DNA from: Dipteris shenzhenensis
Lineage: Eukaryota
Direction: 5' to 3' (one strand)
Assembly: GCA_047967505.1 (NCBI GenBank)
Contig: CM106538.1
Length of the DNA: 64,000 bases
Below, piece after piece: positions 60,338 to 64,000 of this stretch (its first letter is position 1; each line of letters opens with the position of its first letter). Below the pieces are notes generated by a model, which searched no databases, had not been told where the DNA came from, and was given only the letters and a program-made list of their open reading frames with translations. The translations under genes were made by a program, and so were the position numbers.

Positions 60338-61253
60338 CCTGTTTGAGGGGAGGGGTTACTATCCTTCCGGAGGCCGAAGGCCACTGGCATGAGAAGCATG
60401 AGTTTTGCAATGCTCTAATGCAATGGATCATGTAGAGCGTACCGTGCAGTAGTGTGCGAGTGTCGTATGCGATACTGCAGTGAACGACGATGTACGAGTG
60501 CACTATGCTAAATGACAATCACCGGTGAACTCCACAACATAAGCAAAATAAGAAAATCCTACACTGGTGAACAATCCCCATATCGGGAAGAGACGAGAGA
60601 GATGAGAAAGTAACGGAGTTGGCCAATGTACATATCACTGGACGTGTCCCCAGGTCACAAGTCGCAAGTCACAAGAATACACAAGTCGCAAATCACAAGA
60701 ATACACAGGTCTATCCCCATAGTAGACAAAGGGTACACACAAGTCTCTCCACATTCTCTCCTTGGCGAGCTCGTCCCACCGTGATCGCCATAAACTGTTT
60801 GAGGGGAGGGGTTCCTATCCTTCCGGAGGTGTTACGGGAGGCCGAAGGCCACTGGCGTGAGAAGCATGAGTTTTGCAATGCTGTAATGCAATGGATCGTG
60901 CAGAGCGCACCGTGCAGTAGTGTGCGAGTGTCGTATGCTATACTGCAGTGAACGACGACGTACGAGTGCACCGTACGAGTGCACTATGCTAAATGACAAT
61001 CACCGGTGAACTCCACAACATAAGCAAAATAAGAAAATCCTACACTGGTGAACAATCCCCATATTGGGAAGAGACGAGAGAGATGAGAAAGTAACGGAGT
61101 TGGCCAATGTACATATCACTGGACGTGTCCCCAGGTCACAAGTCGCAAGTCACAAGAATACACAAGTCGCAAATCACAAGAATACACAGGTCTATCCCCA
61201 TAGTAGACAAAGGGTACACACAAGTCTCTCCACATTCTCTCCTTGGCGAGCTC
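60338..61253. repeat. ~460-480 bp near-identical tandem duplication with internal CACAAG repeats
   Basis: Units ~60338-60772 and ~60795-61253 share ctgtttgaggggagggg...ttggcgagctc. Confidence 0.9.
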
Positions 61254-61439
61254 ATAGCTCTAGCCTCTATCTCTCCTCACTCTCCTCTCTTTCGCCCCCG
61301 TGCCGAATGCCGAATGCCTCCTTTTCTCTCTCCCTCTGCCTTGGAGGGTCCCTTCTTCGCTGAGAATTCCCCCCCCTTTCTTCCGATTGGTCATCCTCTT
61401 ATCTCCTTAGCTGTTGAGGATAGCCGTTGCGCCACTGTC

Positions 61440-61618
61440 TCTCTTGATGGCTTTGGCGACTTTCTGACTCCCTGACTCGCCAGCCTGATGGTGTAAATTC
61501 TCCATGTGCAGGTGAGCTGGTTCACCGCATCTCTTGATGGCTTCGGCGACTTCCTGACTCCTTGACTCGCGAGCCTGATGGTGTAAATTCTCCATGTGCA
61601 GGTGAGCTGGTTCACCAC
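61440..61618. repeat. ~90-bp tandem duplication
   Basis: tctcttgatggctt...gagctggttcacc occurs twice. Confidence 0.9.
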
Positions 61619-62266
61619 ACCACTGCACCACTGTATCACTGAACCACTGTGTAAATATAAATACTCCTGACTGCTCCATGTGCTAAGCTCACTCTCCATG
61701 TGCGCAGCTCTTGATGAGATCACTTTGGACACGATACTCCTGGTTGACCTGTGGTTGACATGTGTCGACCTGTGGTTGACAGCCTCGGACAGTACTCCTG
61801 GATGAACCCGTGTGATCGCGTGGCTAACTTGTGTTGACACATGGTCAACATGTGGTCAACAAATGTCGTCATGTGGTCAACGCCTGTCGACAGGTGGTCG
61901 TGTGATAAGGTAATAGTTTCCCCCGCCACGATCATTCACCGTCCCGGTGAATAGAAAGGGAGGACGAATCCGTCAAAGAAAAATAAAAATGAATTTACAA
62001 ACCATTGATATGGTGATGGAGTAGGAAAAGGAAAGAGTACAGACCATGTGGTTGGCCGTGGGAGTAATCCAAGATTTGTATTAAGTTGAAACGTGAAAAA
62101 TAAACTGCTGCATGATAAGGGACAGCATGGAAAATTGCAAAAAAAACTGAGTACATCTTGAGGTAAAACACTGATATTTACAGTGAGGGCCAAACAGCTT
62201 GGCAAAATCTAACAGTGCAAAAAAAAACCCAAACACCAACAGCCATGTATCAACCCTTGTATGAGA

Positions 62267-63178
62267 TTACTGAGGGTGGTAAACAGCAGCCTGTTCCTCT
62301 GCCTTCTCCTCTTCCGCCTTCGTATTTGGCTCTGTGGCCTTTTGTGCATCCCTTTGCTCTGGCTCAGTCATAGGTATCTGTGGATGGGGTGCTTCCTCCT
62401 CACACTCAAGCATGTCCATCACATTTCTCAGATTTTCATACTTGTCTTTATATCGGTGGTATCGCCGGTAGTAATGATCCTTTTGCTCTTGCAAGGTGGA
62501 CTGGGAAGTATGGAGGGTGGCCAACTGCATCCGAAGATCTGTGAATTCTTCCTCCATGGATGAACGCTTCTTTTCCAATTCAGCCACTCTGGATTCTGAT
62601 TTTTCTTTGGCAATCTCGGAGGAAGACAAAGACTCTTTTAACTGTGTAATCTCCTGGTGAAATCTGGTCACCTCTGTGACATGCTGGCTGTGCAAAGTTG
62701 CCAGAGCTGCGGCATGTTGGCTGCGTAAAGTTGTCATTGCTGCTTCCCATTCTTGCCTGTGATTATGGAGGCGATCCTCAAGGGCAGCCTTCTGAATATT
62801 CCAAGCGATGACACGCTCATGTATTGCTGAGTCCTTCTCTTTCTGCCACCTTTCCTCCTGTTGTCGAAGTGTCACGCTAGTGGCGCGCTGCTGGGCTGCC
62901 TGTGCTCTCTCGAATTCTAACTTTAAATGTTGCTGTTGAGAGAGGAGCTTATGAGCATAACCTGTGGAATTGAAGACCGCTGTCCCAAGCTGCGTGAAGG
63001 TGTCGTCCATGATACGCTGAGCAAGATGCAGGGACCTTTTCATCCATGCATACCTGTCGCTGTAATTCATCCTGTCTGCCAAATTAATGACGTCCCCCAA
63101 TTCCTCAAACATGTCAGGGAGAACTCCCTCTTCCTCGGTTGACAGGTTTCCTGTAGGTGCCAATTTGTCCAAGTGCAC
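62267..63178 (-). CDS. Coiled-coil-like ORF of unknown function, probably a retrotransposon accessory ORF
   Basis: Open 303-aa E/Q/K/R-rich frame with no recognised domain. It is preceded by the S/T/P-rich ORF 63227-63916, and the two may be one frameshifted ORF. Confidence 0.4.
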   Translation of the reverse strand: MHLDKLAPTGNLSTEEEGVLPDMFEELGDVINLADRMNYSDRYAWMKRSLHLAQRIMDDTFTQLGTAVFNSTGYAHKLLSQQQHLKLEFERAQAAQQRATSVTLRQQEERWQKEKDSAIHERVIAWNIQKAALEDRLHNHRQEWEAAMTTLRSQHAAALATLHSQHVTEVTRFHQEITQLKESLSSSEIAKEKSESRVAELEKKRSSMEEEFTDLRMQLATLHTSQSTLQEQKDHYYRRYHRYKDKYENLRNVMDMLECEEEAPHPQIPMTEPEQRDAQKATEPNTKAEEEKAEEQAAVYHPQ

Positions 63179-64000
63179 AAAACATGTCGGGGCCCTGGAG
63201 ATCTTTTTGTTCTGTGCGAGGCAGTCCTACAAGGGAATGGTGAAGATTTGATTGAGATCCTCCTCTTCCCCACATACTGGTGAGCGTTTTTTGTGAAGGA
63301 CAGATAGTAGTTGGCTGTAATCTTCATTCTGTTTTTCCACCAGGGAAATATTTGAAAGAGGTGGGCCCGATGAAGCAGCTATGTAAGCTGTGAACATATC
63401 ATTCTCATGAAGGGGTGGGCAATCCACAGATTGGGGCAGAATCCCTTCCTCAAATACCTCCTCTGATGCTGAAGTGGCCGATGGAGCATCTCCTCGAGAG
63501 GGGCTCCCACTCCCGTCTCTAGTCCTGTCTCTGTCTGGGGAGGGCGAAATGTGAAGTACACCCTGGGATGACACCTCCTGAGAAAGCCCGTGGGAGTGGG
63601 AGTCGGGTCCCAGGCTAAGATTCAGGTCCAACACTTGGTCCAAAACATGGTCAGAGATCGCCTGAACTGTGGTGATGACTACATCGGTGAAAGTGGTAGG
63701 GAGTGAAGACGAAACATCTGCAGTCCTTCGTAACAATACACCTGTCGAGGAAGTCCCGGGTACAACAGTCGTCGTCACTGGTACAATAGGAGGTGTACCT
63801 GGTGCAATCCCTCCCATTGAAAGTCTGGAGATCGCTGGAGAAGCCTGGACAAGTGTGACTGATGGAGAGGCAAGTCCTGGCACGGGCACGACTGATGGAG
63901 ATACAAGACATGTCACTGATGGTAACCCTATGGCACCGGTAACAGAATATACTGAAGAAGCTCCGGTGCAGACTTCATGAGGTGGCGCTTACCGAGGTGT

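Noticed and set aside
60650-60710. Short repeated units that could suggest a CRISPR array
   Set aside because: There are no unique constant-length spacers and no cas genes, and the context is eukaryotic TE sequence.

Overview
This window is eukaryotic and looks like plant DNA. A large-genome non-seed plant such as a fern is my inference from the intron sizes and TE repertoire, and it is not established. The only host coding sequence found is three small, phase-compatible + strand exons (15969-16034, 32068-32180, 32293-32377; 264 nt) of a GH38 alpha-mannosidase. They are separated by a ~16 kb and a 112 bp intron, and the flanking introns apparently extend beyond both window ends. Almost everything else is nested transposable elements: a decayed hAT, two L1-like LINE families (A and B), an ORF1-only poly(A) retroelement family, RTEX-like LINEs, two Copia elements (one with identical LTRs), a chromodomain Gypsy and a three-LTR non-autonomous Gypsy derivative. 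Four observations stand out. (1) LINE family B and a half-L1-like ORF1-only partner family appear to target (CA)n/(TG)n microsatellites and are stacked in tandem arrays. (2) A full-length family A L1 has twin-priming-type 5' inversion geometry, a near-perfect TSD, and a foreign RTEX fragment at the inversion junction. (3) Dense GTAC/CCGTAC (SBP/SPL-type) clusters occur in the leaders of four unrelated TE types. (4) A very young Copia has identical LTRs but three frameshifts. Boundaries of degenerate elements are approximate and were read by eye.
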